DNA of 49,310 nucleotides from Bacillus sp. (in: firmicutes). GTDB lineage: Bacteria > Bacillota > Bacilli > Bacillales > Cytobacillaceae. The notes under the pieces were generated by a model, which saw only the letters and a list, made by a program, of their open reading frames with translations, did not search any database and was not told the DNA's origin. Made by a program: the position numbers and the translations under genes. Positions 49,299 to 49,310 of this stretch are shown here, piece after piece (positions within the stretch are counted from its first letter, which is position 1; every line of letters starts with the position of its first letter). The stretch covers positions 1 through 49,310 of the forward strand of contig JAIMAD010000001.1 in assembly GCA_023512145.1 (NCBI GenBank), in the 5' to 3' direction.

Positions 49299-49310
49299 TT
49301 ACATCATGCC
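49299..49310 (-). CDS. groL: Extreme 3' end of chaperonin GroEL (partial)
   Basis: GGC ATG ATG TAA = G-M-M-stop, the usual GroEL GGM-tail ending; followed by a terminator; only 12 nt visible. Confidence 0.6.
   Translation of the reverse strand, partial: GMM

Noticed and set aside
1..49310. CRISPR array, tRNA/rRNA, retron, prophage or defence system
   Set aside because: No regularly spaced repeats, RNA-gene signatures, reverse transcriptase, integrase or nuclease genes seen

Overview
Chromosomal segment of a low-GC Bacillaceae genome lying directly downstream of groEL, whose last codons (G-M-M-stop) occupy the final 12 bases on the minus strand. It is an accessory and metabolic patchwork with no rRNA, tRNA, CRISPR or intact mobile element. 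Contents: TetR and MerR regulators, two thioesterases, an Fe-alcohol dehydrogenase, a formate/nitrite channel, a Usp, a Ca-type P-ATPase, proline dehydrogenase, narGHJI led by a hemerythrin gene and two small unknown genes, cysJI with a CymR-like box, heme O synthase, NnrE-NnrD, a DUF4139-like protein, patB-hpt and a DbpA-type helicase. The most notable items are: (1) a dcuA-aspA-sdhCAB operon divergent from a GlnK/GlnL-type two-component system, with an Fnr/Rex-type palindrome, which is a candidate aspartate-fed fumarate-respiration module; (2) an intact stand-alone ftsZ outside the dcw cluster; (3) the atypical nar cassette; (4) a candidate structured RNA at about 38435-38600; (5) a dispersed GGTGTCAGGCAC palindromic repeat family; (6) an unannotated, frameshifted IS1182-like remnant. 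All calls are from reading motifs by eye; no database searches were run.
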